Shown piece after piece: positions 9,882-19,578 of a stretch of DNA of 64,000 bases. Source of the stretch: a virus; the IMG/VR virus record IMGVR_UViG_3300034024_000020, positions 1 to 64,000 of that record. The stretch is one strand, 5' to 3'. The notes under the pieces are model-generated. The model saw only the letters and a program-made list of their open reading frames with translations. It was not told where the DNA came from and did no database searches. The translations under genes were made by a program, and so were the position numbers. How positions within the stretch are numbered: position 1 is the first letter of the stretch; each line of letters opens with the position of its first letter.

Positions 9882-10192
9882 TGAAAAAGGTTTATATCGT
9901 TCGAAAGAATGGAGACTTCACCGAGGGGCGGGGCCCTATGAATTATCATAGGACCTTCTCTAATGGTCCTGAAGCTGTACGATATGTTCAAGCGCAGGAG
10001 GGTATCTTCGGCAGCCCTCAGCATGTAGAGCTTGATAAATATGGCCATTATGCTTATGCTAATGGTTATAGCATTGATGAAGAGTTCGTTTACGAGTCTG
10101 CTGGTCAGGCTATTGATGAAGCTGAAGAGAAAGAGCGCGTAAAGGCTCTTAACAAACTAACTGCACGCGAAAGGAAGTTGCTAGGACTATGA
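9881..10192 (+). CDS. Hypothetical phage protein
   Basis: TAATG coupling; ends in an ALNKLT.RERKLLGL tail like the tail of the ORF ending at 11180. Confidence 0.65.
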   Translation: MKKVYIVRKNGDFTEGRGPMNYHRTFSNGPEAVRYVQAQEGIFGSPQHVELDKYGHYAYANGYSIDEEFVYESAGQAIDEAEEKERVKALNKLTARERKLLGL

Positions 10193-10470
10193 CACCAGAA
10201 CAAGAAAAACTGTATTACGAGGCTTTGCTAGAACTAGCTGACCGTTATGAAGCTATGATCGTTGACGAAGACGCTGAGGAAGACAATGATGACATTCTAG
10301 AATTTATTGATCTTTTCTACGAAAAGGCTCTACAGCGTTATCCTCTGCTTAAGCTTAATCGTTGGCTTGGATATATTCAAGGCGTTCTTATTGAGCGTGA
10401 ATTTACGACTGTTGAGGAAGAGCGTAACTTCACTCGTCCATTGTTCCGTCCTATTGATTTCGAGGGTTAA
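10189..10470 (+). CDS. Hypothetical phage protein
   Basis: KLNRWLGYIQG...EERNFTRPLF motif, recurrent in phage hypotheticals. Confidence 0.65.
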   Translation: MTPEQEKLYYEALLELADRYEAMIVDEDAEEDNDDILEFIDLFYEKALQRYPLLKLNRWLGYIQGVLIEREFTTVEEERNFTRPLFRPIDFEG

Positions 10471-10471
10471 A

Positions 10472-10921
10472 ATGCAGACCGAAAAAGAAATGCGAGAAGC
10501 TACTGTTCCTACTTTTAGTTCCGCTGAGGAACTCCAAAAGTATATTGATGGACTAGTAACCCAAGAGCATGATTATGGTACATGCGTCTATGCTATGTCC
10601 ATAGCAGCTACCGCTACCTTCAATTATGTGGCTAATGTTCTAGGAGTAACTGGTTTTCAGGCTAGCATGGCTGATTTGGACATTATCCGTCGAACTCGTC
10701 ATATGAAGGGTCCTTTCATGTTGCTCAAGGGTGAAGACCTTCTTTATCCTCAGTATGATCTTCATCAGAAGGTAGATGAATTTGAGGATGATTGTCGAGA
10801 CTGGCTTCGAGACGAGGCTAAACGAATGATTGCGGAGCAAGAAGATGGTGAAGATTGGCGAAAGGAATATCCGCCTCACCCCGACGTCATGCAGCGTTGG
10901 AAGGATCTTGCCAGTGAGTAA
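10472..10921 (+). CDS. Hypothetical phage protein
   Basis: ATG after GAGG; HDYGTCVYAM and LLYPQY motifs. Confidence 0.65.
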   Translation: MQTEKEMREATVPTFSSAEELQKYIDGLVTQEHDYGTCVYAMSIAATATFNYVANVLGVTGFQASMADLDIIRRTRHMKGPFMLLKGEDLLYPQYDLHQKVDEFEDDCRDWLRDEAKRMIAEQEDGEDWRKEYPPHPDVMQRWKDLASE

Positions 10922-11441
10922 CTTTGTAATTGTCATGCAGCCGGAGAAGCGTGGTCGTTTCGATCACTATGAGAATCATCCTAGATTGCATAGCTTCTCC
11001 ACTGAGTCTGAAGTTATCAAGTTCGTAGGAAACAACAAGAGCGATATGGCTCGCATGCTCATCTTCAATCTTGACAATAAGCTGCTACCTACAAACTTCC
11101 TTCAGTCATTTGAGGATAGGAAACGTATGGCTTTGTCAAAGCTAACCGATGAAGATCGAGTCATTCTAGGAGTTAGGTAATGGAACTATTGGTAACCATT
11201 GTCGGAGTTATATTAGCAATTGCTGGTGCTTATCTGACATTTGCTGTGGCAACTACCCCAGCTATTATTTTTGGAGTTATCTGCATGGTAGTAGGATTTG
11301 CCATGTCAGGATTCCTATTCTTAATGTTTGAGTTTGACTGAATTTAGTTCTTGACTCTTTCATTGAAACATCGTATAATGGGTTAATCAAGAGGGAAACA
11401 GCCTTCTTGAATTTTTGACGCATACAGGAAGGAATGCAAGA

Positions 11442-11762
11442 ATGGCTTATACAGATGGACAGATTACTGAGCTTAAGGCAATTGAAGGTCTTAATTTCGA
11501 CAAGGCTCAGACTTTTGCTGACAAACACGGACTAAAGGTACGTAGCGTTATTGCTAAGGCTCGTGCTCTCGATATTCCCTACCAGTCCAAGGTTCCTGGG
11601 CAGAAGAAGGCTTCAGCAGCTAATGTTCGTCGTAAGTCGGATATTGCTAAGGCGATTACCGAATTGCTCGATATTGTGGTTCCTTCTCTTGACAAGCTTA
11701 CGCTGAAGGACCTTGAGATTGTTGAGGCTCGCCTCGAAGAGCTTCTTATTAAGGAAGACTAA
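11442..11762 (+). CDS. A2/D5-like DNA-binding protein paralog
   Basis: RSVIAKAR...PYQSK motif shared with 1069-1437. Confidence 0.7.
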   Translation: MAYTDGQITELKAIEGLNFDKAQTFADKHGLKVRSVIAKARALDIPYQSKVPGQKKASAANVRRKSDIAKAITELLDIVVPSLDKLTLKDLEIVEARLEELLIKED

Positions 11763-11764
11763 AA

Positions 11765-12220
11765 TTTTCATACTCCCGTAAGGGGCGTTGGCGCTGGTTA
11801 GCTATCAGCTCGTGGATGAGTGGCGCTATAGCTCATCTAGTAAATAAGTGCAAGTATAGCTTGAGGCGGTTCGCGGCCGAGTACCCTCAAAATAGGCAGT
11901 ATGAAATAGGTGAATGAGGCTAAACTTTAGCTGCCACAAGAGGCGAGCTACGCTCTGCTAATTCTTGAGTATTGGCCCTAAATGGGATGCTATTAGTAGG
12001 AAACGAAAGTTCACCAATAGGCAAGGCGGCTTTAAAATGCCTTTGATAAACTCGGTGGTCTAGCCAGCCACCGATGCCTTATTAAGCTAATGCACGAAAA
12101 GGAACGACAATTCGGGATGATGACCCGTAAATCGTTCGCCTGTGGAGTTCATCGCCCACTGGGAAATCGCTCACTGGCTCAATTGGTGGCTGCGGAGCGG
12201 GTGCATTAGCCTAATAAGGT
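11765..12220 (+). ncRNA. Putative multi-domain structured ncRNA (~455 nt)
   Basis: ORF-free; closing helices tttcatact/agtatgaaa, ggtgaa/ttcacc, ccttatt..gctaatgcac/gtgcattagc..aataagg. Confidence 0.65.
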
Positions 12221-12232
12221 AAGGAGACTATC

Positions 12233-12523
12233 ATGAATTATGGAGCGTCAGACCATCCCAGTGGTGGTCATTACGAAACTCAGGCAGAACGTTTTGGAAC
12301 GGGTGGTGTAGGTACTGCTCGTAAACCTAAAGTTCTTGTGCAGCAAAGCTTCACTTTTGACGAAGACCAGATTAAACAAATTCTAGCGGAATATGTTTCT
12401 TCTAACTTCGGAGTTGTAGCTTCTGCCGCAGACGTCGATGGTGACTATAGCAGTGGTTATCACTATAACCAGTTTGACTCACAATCCCCCTATTGCAAAT
12501 TTACCGTTACGGTGACCAAATGA
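12233..12523 (+). CDS. Hypothetical protein
   Basis: AAGGAG RBS. Confidence 0.65.
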   Translation: MNYGASDHPSGGHYETQAERFGTGGVGTARKPKVLVQQSFTFDEDQIKQILAEYVSSNFGVVASAADVDGDYSSGYHYNQFDSQSPYCKFTVTVTK

Positions 12524-12996
12524 ATCTAACAGAATTTGTGCGTGAGTCCAACCGGATCGAGGGTATTCTTCGTGACCCTACTGATGCCGAAATTGCTGCT
12601 CACATAGAATTTGTCAACCTAGATCAACCAACAATATATGACGTGATTCGTCTAGTTTCTGTCGTTCAACCTGATGCCAGGTTGAGGGATAACATGTCTG
12701 TGCCCGGAGTACGTGTAGGAAATCACATTGCTCCACCCAGTGGAGCTGAAATTAGAGAGCAGCTAGAGCATATTCTACAAATGACGCATGTTGCATGGCG
12801 TAATAGAATGGCTGAGGGTTTTAAAACTAAGTGGATACCTTGGTATGTTCATTGCCAATACGAAACTCTCCATCCTTTTACTGACGGTAACGGGAGATCG
12901 GGTCGTGCATTGTGGTTGTGGTGTCATGGTGGTAGAGCTCCTTTAGGATTTCTTCATCAATTTTATTACGAGACCTTAGCAAACACCAGACTCTAA
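12520..12996 (+). CDS. Fic-domain protein
   Basis: Canonical HPFTDGNGRSGR motif. Confidence 0.9.
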   Translation: MNLTEFVRESNRIEGILRDPTDAEIAAHIEFVNLDQPTIYDVIRLVSVVQPDARLRDNMSVPGVRVGNHIAPPSGAEIREQLEHILQMTHVAWRNRMAEGFKTKWIPWYVHCQYETLHPFTDGNGRSGRALWLWCHGGRAPLGFLHQFYYETLANTRL

Positions 12997-13060
12997 AATA
13001 GTTCTTGACTCTGAGCCCGGTTTTGTGTATAATGGGTCTTCATTCAGCGGAGATTAACCT

Positions 13061-13396
13061 ATGGATCGCGAAGCCGAGCTTAGGAGATTGCTTGCAGTAG
13101 AGCGGGATCAAGTCTCTCTTATTGAGGTTGCTATCGTTAACTGGAGTTCCGACTCGATGAAGTCCGTAGTCATCGCTACGCCTCTTCGGGCAAGAGGTAT
13201 TGCTACAGCTACGTATTTTTCGGGCAAGGGCAAAAAGCAAATGGAGAAAGCTAAGAGGGACGATCCTGATTTCTTTCTTATCATTCGCGATGATGGTATG
13301 CAGTTGAAAGATGCTGTTTACGAAACCTTTACTCCTTTAACGGACGAGAATTACGTTCAAGAGGTATATGAAAAAGTGGTTGCTGATTGGTCATAG
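13061..13396 (+). CDS. Hypothetical protein
   Basis: Promoter at 13005 and GGAG RBS. Confidence 0.65.
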   Translation: MDREAELRRLLAVERDQVSLIEVAIVNWSSDSMKSVVIATPLRARGIATATYFSGKGKKQMEKAKRDDPDFFLIIRDDGMQLKDAVYETFTPLTDENYVQEVYEKVVADWS

Positions 13397-13523
13397 AACC
13401 AATCAGCCAGCTGAAACTAAAGAGTTCACACCTCGGCCTCAATGCTATTGCACAACATGAGATAACAGAGCAATTGCGGCGAGCGTGCGGACAACTAGAA
13501 GTAAGCATATTTGAAGGATTGAT

Positions 13524-13838
13524 ATGAGTTATACAGAGGAACTGACTAAATCAGTCATAGAAGAGTACGAAGCTGACCCGTCTAGGGAGACAGTTGATCG
13601 TATTGCCGAAAGAATTGGAAAGACAACAAGGTCGGTTATTGCTAAGCTTGCAGCAGCGGGAGTTTATCAAACCCCGCAGCGCACTACGAAAACTGGCGAA
13701 CCGATCGTCAAGAAAGAAACTCTAGTCGAAGAGATCGAAGGGTGGCTGGAAATAGAATGCCCCACCCTAGTTAAAACTGGTAAAGAAGATTTAAAACGCG
13801 TTCATAAAGTACTACAGGAGATTTTCGTTGACGCCTGA
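13524..13838 (+). CDS. A2/D5-like DNA-binding protein paralog
   Basis: RSVIAKL...YQ...TTKTGEP motif shared with 1069-1437. Confidence 0.75.
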   Translation: MSYTEELTKSVIEEYEADPSRETVDRIAERIGKTTRSVIAKLAAAGVYQTPQRTTKTGEPIVKKETLVEEIEGWLEIECPTLVKTGKEDLKRVHKVLQEIFVDA

Positions 13839-14832
13839 GGTAATTGCACTCATTGCAGAACTCGAGAATATCGGGGAAAACAGAGAGGCTGAACCAGACT
13901 TCCGAAACCGAGCAGCAGCGCGTAGAGCCGCGAAGCTGATAAAGGAACTTTATGCTCAGGAAAGCAGCTTGGATAGCCAAGCAACTTAAGGAAGATAGGG
14001 AAGACGTATATGACGTGCTTCTTGGAAATATAACCAAACCTAGGAGTTTAGTTGATGCTGTTGCGGCGTGCGAGTCTGAATACGATTCCCTTCTCACCAG
14101 AGGAACCGGACGGAAAGATAAAGTGGATTCAGGATCAACTGAAGCGGGACGGTTTTCATCTTACTAGTGTTTGTATCCGTAATATCCTCCAAGGAAGCTT
14201 GACTTTCATGGATGAGTATACTGTAGGGTATGTTCACGAACTTTCAGAGAAGTGGAATGTCCAGTGCAACTAGATGGGGTTCCAGTCGTAGAGTATGACA
14301 AAAGCATTTTGACTGTAGCAATGGCTATGATTAACGTCACTATGGAAACCAATCAGGTTGACGCTCGCGCTTTAGAAATTGTATTCGAAGAAGCAGTTAA
14401 AGAGGCTCGTGAACTTTTGAAGGAATGTGTTTATGGATGATATCGAGCGCATGATTGACGATAGAGATATCCTCGAAAACAGTGTGATCTTTTATGAAGA
14501 CCAACTTAGGCAACTTCGTCTTGATGGAGTTCCGGAAGATGACATTCGTATTGTGCATCTAGAAAAATGGATCCACGAAGATACGAATGAGGCTGATGCA
14601 CTGAGTAGGCTAATTGCCGAAAATGACTAAGTTTCGTATGAGCGGATCGTTTGCTATCGAAGTTGAAGCTGAGGATTCAGATGCAGCTTATGACATTATT
14701 CATGAGAAAGTTCTACAACACTTTTTCTGGGATAACGTGCATGACTTCGGCCCCGTTGAGGAAGACTGAATATAGTTCTTGACATTGGGCTCGATTTTTC
14801 GTATAATGGACTCTCAAGACGGGAGATAGTTT

Positions 14833-15289
14833 ATGAAAAAGGGTCAGATGTTAGGGAACATGATTGTTCTCGCTACAAACGCCCACGCTGGTCAGTTTGA
14901 TAAAAGGGGGCCAGCCTTACATCCTTCACTGTCTGAAGGTACTACATTATACTGGGTCCGATGATGAGGAAATCCAGTGTATTGCAGTCGGACACGATCT
15001 TCTAGAAGATACTGATGTTACAACTGATGATCTTTATGAAGCTGGGATGACAGATAGGGTTGTAAACGGCATCCTTCTTCTAACGAAGATGCCCGGACAA
15101 TCTCTAGCGAAGTACAAGGAAGGCGTTCTTGCAAATGCAGACGCTCGAAAGGTAAAGAAAGCCGATCTGAAGCACAATAGCGACATTCGTCGTCTTAAGG
15201 GTGTAACAGAAAAAGACATTGCACGTAACGGTCGTTACATGTAGTTTTACGCAGAAATTGAAGCAAAGGAAGCTGAAGAAAATGTTTGA
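14833..15289 (+). pseudogene. HD-domain (RelA/SpoT hydrolase-like) gene with a +1 frameshift and an in-frame TAG
   Basis: AHAGQFDK in one frame; GGQPYILH...HDLLEDT...KKADLKHN in the +1 frame (extra A in GATAAAAGGGGG at 14899-14910); TAG at 15242-15244 with open continuation to TGA at 15289. Confidence 0.7.
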
Positions 15290-16504
15290 AGAAATTATGG
15301 AATCCTTTAACGGTCCTGAAATTGAATATGAGGGCACATATACCCCTAGAGCTCCAATTGATGTGCAGATGGTAGCTGAAGCTCTTGAGCCCGGCTCTCC
15401 GGAAGATATCTCTAGCAATTCTCTTTACCTTGAAGCTGAAGAGGTCGAAGAAATCCGAGAGATCGCAGCCAGCTTCGCTTAAAATAGTTCTTGACATTGT
15501 CCTCGGTTTTTCATATAATGGGGGACAACGAAAGGAAAGCGGCATGACAGATCGAGAAGCGCTTGAATACGAAATTGAAGACGCTATGTTCGAACTTAGT
15601 GATGCTGAGAGTACTCTTTATCGTTTGGAAGACGAAGGTTTAGAGGGTACTGACGAGTTTGACGAAGCTGAGCGCGACGTTTATAATGCAGAAAATCATC
15701 TTGCTTATCTGCAAAGTTTGAGGTCTGAACATGACAGCGAGTGAGCAAGCACAGGAAATTGGAAGCCTGTTAGGTCATGACGCTGTTGTGGCTCTTAGAT
15801 TCTGGACTTTCTGTAGTGATATGGAAAAGTCAAGTGATCCTAGAGCTAGAGAGTTCCTTAAAGGTTTGGATCAAGTTTATAGAGTTCTGAAATTGATCAA
15901 AACTGAATAAAGTTCTTGACTTTGATCTCAGATTTTCGTATAATGGGTTATCAAAAGCGGATAGCGGGCAATTCACGGAGTTGTCGCAGTTCACCGACTT
16001 AGAGGCGCAGACTTAGTCGCTCTGCTTAATGAAAAGGACTATAAATCGCCTCCTTTATATCTCGGCTAAAGTCCTTAATTGTGAATAATAACCGAGATTA
16101 AGGGGTGCACTACTTAGGTGCTTAATGTGTCATAATGAGGATGTACGCCCCACTATAAATATGGTCTCGGACTGTAAAGGGAACGACGGAATATCAACCA
16201 TGTTCTGTCAATGTTCCAGCACTTTATGGAATGAGAGTAGATACCGCCAAGTTGGATGATGGAGAAGCCGCTGTTGCGAAGCCGTTATCGAGCCCATTGA
16301 CTTGGAAGGTCCCATATAGTTAGGGTGCAATGCGCTTAATGGTGTTTGCAAACCGCCTTAACTCTTTTTACCTGTGAAATACCCCACGGTCGCAAGCAGG
16401 TAGTTTATATCATATAATGTGTTATAATAATCTCGAGAGCACCAGCGGTTCCCAAGTCCGCCTAAGAAAAACCCGAGTGATCGGTACTGGTGCAAAAACC
16501 CTAA

Positions 16505-16575
16505 ACTATGTGATCCGTCGGACGGAACTCCCCTCTAAAGGGACATATAAACAGGTTCAACTCCTGTACATAGTC
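16505..16575 (+). tRNA. Embedded tRNA-like element, anticodon CTA (amber-suppressor type), no CCA
   Basis: actatgt/acatagt acceptor; tccg/cgga D-stem; tccc-CTCTAAA-ggga anticodon arm; acagg-TTCAACT-cctgt T-arm. Confidence 0.7.
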
Positions 16576-17484
16576 AAAGGGTGGGTGCACAGGAATGTGT
16601 ACGCAGATTGGACTAGAAGTCGCGAATCTGACCATATACTAAGACAAGGCAAATTCGCGAAGCCTCTACCACGCTAGAGGTATTAAAACATGGGTCTTCT
16701 TAGTACATAGTCTCGCGCGAGACAGAGGTGAGCGTAATTCCTCGTTCAAAAAGATCAGGGTTATGATCTGCCTCATTCGCGCAGAAATTGCGAGGCGCTT
16801 TAACCAGCGACCGCCAAAGAGGTCCGAGAAGTGACACATACGGTTATGAGCCGACTTAGTGCGGGACGTGGTTTGGCCACCACTATTAGCCCAAACGGAA
16901 TCGTGGAGGAACCCCGTATGCTACTGTCTATGGCTGAGTGCACTTGCCCATAGAAGTAGGGAAAAATGTCGCAGGTCCCAACGCCTGCCTCGGAAACAAT
17001 TTATGGGACCCTGAAAGGGGATAAGGTAATGCACAGTGACACTTGGTCAAAGCGGTTGCAAACGCCTCCAAGTCGGACAGGGTGATGCAATACTCACCGT
17101 TTGTGCCAGGGAACACCCGGGTTGCTATCAAACGCCGGACCTGAATTAGACAATTTTGATAGATTAGCCTAATCCCAAACTCTCGTTCTGCCGGTGTAAG
17201 AAGAACCGGAAATCTACCCTTGTAAGATCCAAAGGGCGGTGCTAGTTCTGACATAATTAGCCGCTGGGGTCCCAACCAGTGTAAGCGACGAAAGGACGCA
17301 AAGCGGTAAAGCGAGAGCTTGCAAAAAAGCTGCCGCAAATCTAGAAAGACGTTTCTAGTAATAGGGTGTGAAGTGAGCTAAGCTAGCAACATTCTTCACG
17401 CAGATATGTATACCAAGTGTGTCTAGAACCTTGGTGGATTGGAGCGAGGGGGGGCGACCAATCATTTCGGCAACGTAACGATCC

Positions 17485-17516
17485 GGGTGTGAAGTGCCAG
17501 CTTCACACCCTTTTTT
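17485..17516 (+). terminator. Intrinsic terminator
   Basis: gggtgtgaag-tgccag-cttcacaccc-tttttt. Confidence 0.85.
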
Positions 17517-17634
17517 GTGTTCGTTAAAAAAGTTGTTGACATTTGAGTGTTTTGGTGTTATTATAGAGACTGAATAAATCAGCCATATTCTAGTGCAGCT
17601 AATGTAGTGGGAACTGGCTAAGTCGGAGACCGCA

Positions 17635-17910
17635 ATGGCGCTTTTTATTGGTGGTCCAATGGATGGACAACGAGTTGAGGTAGAACCCTCACGCAATTAT
17701 ATACAAGTGGCAATAGAGAAGCCACTAAAAATTAAGGAAGAACATACTGTAGAAAGATTCTCTACTACAGTTGAGAGAGACCTCTTTACATACAAGGCAG
17801 AGATATTAGCTTGTCCAAACAAGCAATACACAGTTTTCATTCCTGACGACTATGATTGTCAGGATTTTATAGATCATTTAATTAGAGGGTATAGACCTAG
17901 TGCAAATTAA
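17635..17910 (+). CDS. Hypothetical protein
   Basis: FIGGPMDG N-terminal motif; GGAG RBS. Confidence 0.7.
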   Translation: MALFIGGPMDGQRVEVEPSRNYIQVAIEKPLKIKEEHTVERFSTTVERDLFTYKAEILACPNKQYTVFIPDDYDCQDFIDHLIRGYRPSAN

Positions 17911-18427
17911 ACCATTGATTCTTAACGAAAGAATCGAAAACGGTATAGAAGGTAAAGCGATTTTCAGTAGTGATTGTCACTACAGATATGTCCTAACTAG
18001 ATGTTGGGATGATTCTGCTTGGTTAAACATCATAATGCTCAATCCTTCCAACGGAGATGAGCGCATTTTAGAGACCACTACCAAAGGAGTCATGAAGCGG
18101 GCCCAAAAATGGGGCTATGGTGGAATGATGGTAGCTAACCTGTTTAATCTTATATCCACTGATCCTAAGGCACTAGCTAAATGTGATGATCCAGTAGGTG
18201 CCTCGGGTGATTGGGCTATTCAATACATGCTACAATGGGCTCGTAGAGATGATGAACCTATAGTCTGTGCTTGGGGTAATCATGGTAGTTTACTGGGAAG
18301 AGATAAGCAAGTATTAAAACTTCTAGAAGGTCATGAGCTCCAAGTTCTGGCCCTTAACGGGAATGGGATGCCACGTCACCCTCTTCATATGGCACATAAT
18401 ATTGAACCTAAGTCCTGGAATCCTTAA
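17900..18427 (+). CDS. DUF1643-family protein
   Basis: YRYVLTRCW, MLNPS, VCAWG, G.PRHPL motifs. Confidence 0.8.
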   Translation: MQIKPLILNERIENGIEGKAIFSSDCHYRYVLTRCWDDSAWLNIIMLNPSNGDERILETTTKGVMKRAQKWGYGGMMVANLFNLISTDPKALAKCDDPVGASGDWAIQYMLQWARRDDEPIVCAWGNHGSLLGRDKQVLKLLEGHELQVLALNGNGMPRHPLHMAHNIEPKSWNP

Positions 18428-18488
18428 TTTAGTTCTTGACACGCTAACCCAAAGACGGTATAATGGGACTCAAGATTAGGAGAATATC

Positions 18489-18893
18489 ATGTTGAATAAG
18501 GTTGGAGTTCTTGGCGAAATCACTGGCTTCTTCACTGAACGTGATAGTATTCGTGATTTCTTACAGAACCTTATTAAGAACATAGAGTATCCTCTCGACG
18601 AGCGCTGGGAAATCTTCCTAGCGGCTGGAAAGGATATTCTTGGTGTTGATATCTACGGTGATGGACACATTGATATTCTATCTCCTGATCTCACGCAGTA
18701 TGACCATTTTTACACTGAACGATACCAGACTCGAACTTACGAGGATATGTGGGAACAGATTCAGGAAAAGGTAGAAGACGCCAAGGTAGATCCTACTAGT
18801 GAATACTCTAAGGGCGCTGAACTTTGGGATGTGGATAAGTGGCGGGAAACCGTTCTAGAACATGGACATGCGGGATTTATTTATGACTGGTAA
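18489..18893 (+). CDS. Hypothetical protein
   Basis: Promoter at 18436; AGGAG RBS. Confidence 0.65.
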   Translation: MLNKVGVLGEITGFFTERDSIRDFLQNLIKNIEYPLDERWEIFLAAGKDILGVDIYGDGHIDILSPDLTQYDHFYTERYQTRTYEDMWEQIQEKVEDAKVDPTSEYSKGAELWDVDKWRETVLEHGHAGFIYDW

Positions 18894-19578
18894 GTTTCAA
18901 AGGCTTGATCTAAGCCATATCACAGGACGCGTGTTTGTCGTTGGCGATATCCACGGAGCCTTCAGCGCGCTTGAGGCTGAGCTGGAGAAGCGTGGCTTCG
19001 ATAGAGAGAAGGATGTTCTTCTTTCAGTCGGCGATCTAGTTGATCGTGGGCCGGAGAGTCATCGTGCTGTTGAGTTCCTAGACTACCCTTGGTTTCATGC
19101 AATTCAGGGCAACCATGAGGATATAGTCCTCAATATGGCTGGTACTGATATGCATAACCGTAATGGTGGGCGCTGGTGGAAGAAGCTAAAGTATTCACAC
19201 AACAAGCCTAATCACGTTCAGTTCCTTGTTCGGTTCAATAAGCTTCCGATAATTCTAGAGGTTCTACTTCCTTCCGGTCGACGTATTGGACTAGTCCACG
19301 CGGAGTACCCAGGTGATGATTGGGCTGATGCTGAGTATTATGCCAACAATCATTCGGAGCATTGTATGTGGGCGCGTATCCGTTATAAGGATGCGCGTGA
19401 CGAGCATGTTCATCGTCCACTAGATGGAGTTGAGCGAGTACCGCCTATTAAGGGCATTGACCATGTGTATTACGGACATACACCTTTAACGGAGGCTATT
19501 ACAGTTGGAAACCAAAGCTGGATTGACACCGGTGCCGTCTTTTCTGACGGTTTCTTTACCATCATCGAGGAAAAGTGA
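18883..19578 (+). CDS. Ser/Thr protein phosphatase (calcineurin-like metallophosphoesterase)
   Basis: GDIHG, GDLVDRG, GNHE, GHT, IDTG motifs. Confidence 0.9.
   Translation: MTGKFQRLDLSHITGRVFVVGDIHGAFSALEAELEKRGFDREKDVLLSVGDLVDRGPESHRAVEFLDYPWFHAIQGNHEDIVLNMAGTDMHNRNGGRWWKKLKYSHNKPNHVQFLVRFNKLPIILEVLLPSGRRIGLVHAEYPGDDWADAEYYANNHSEHCMWARIRYKDARDEHVHRPLDGVERVPPIKGIDHVYYGHTPLTEAITVGNQSWIDTGAVFSDGFFTIIEEK

Larger units (their letters stand above)
15950..17516 (+). ncRNA. Large structured ncRNA (~1.55 kb), unassigned family
   Basis: Own promoter (15916-15944) and terminator (17485-17516); no credible ORF; dense hairpins; embedded tRNA-like module. Confidence 0.75.

Noticed and set aside
15950-17516. 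Group I/II intron or RNase P RNA; ORFs 16417-16677 and 16928-17338
   Set aside because: No interrupted host gene, no recognisable domain V or P4 GAGGAAAGUCC motif; the ORFs lack RBS and phage-like composition
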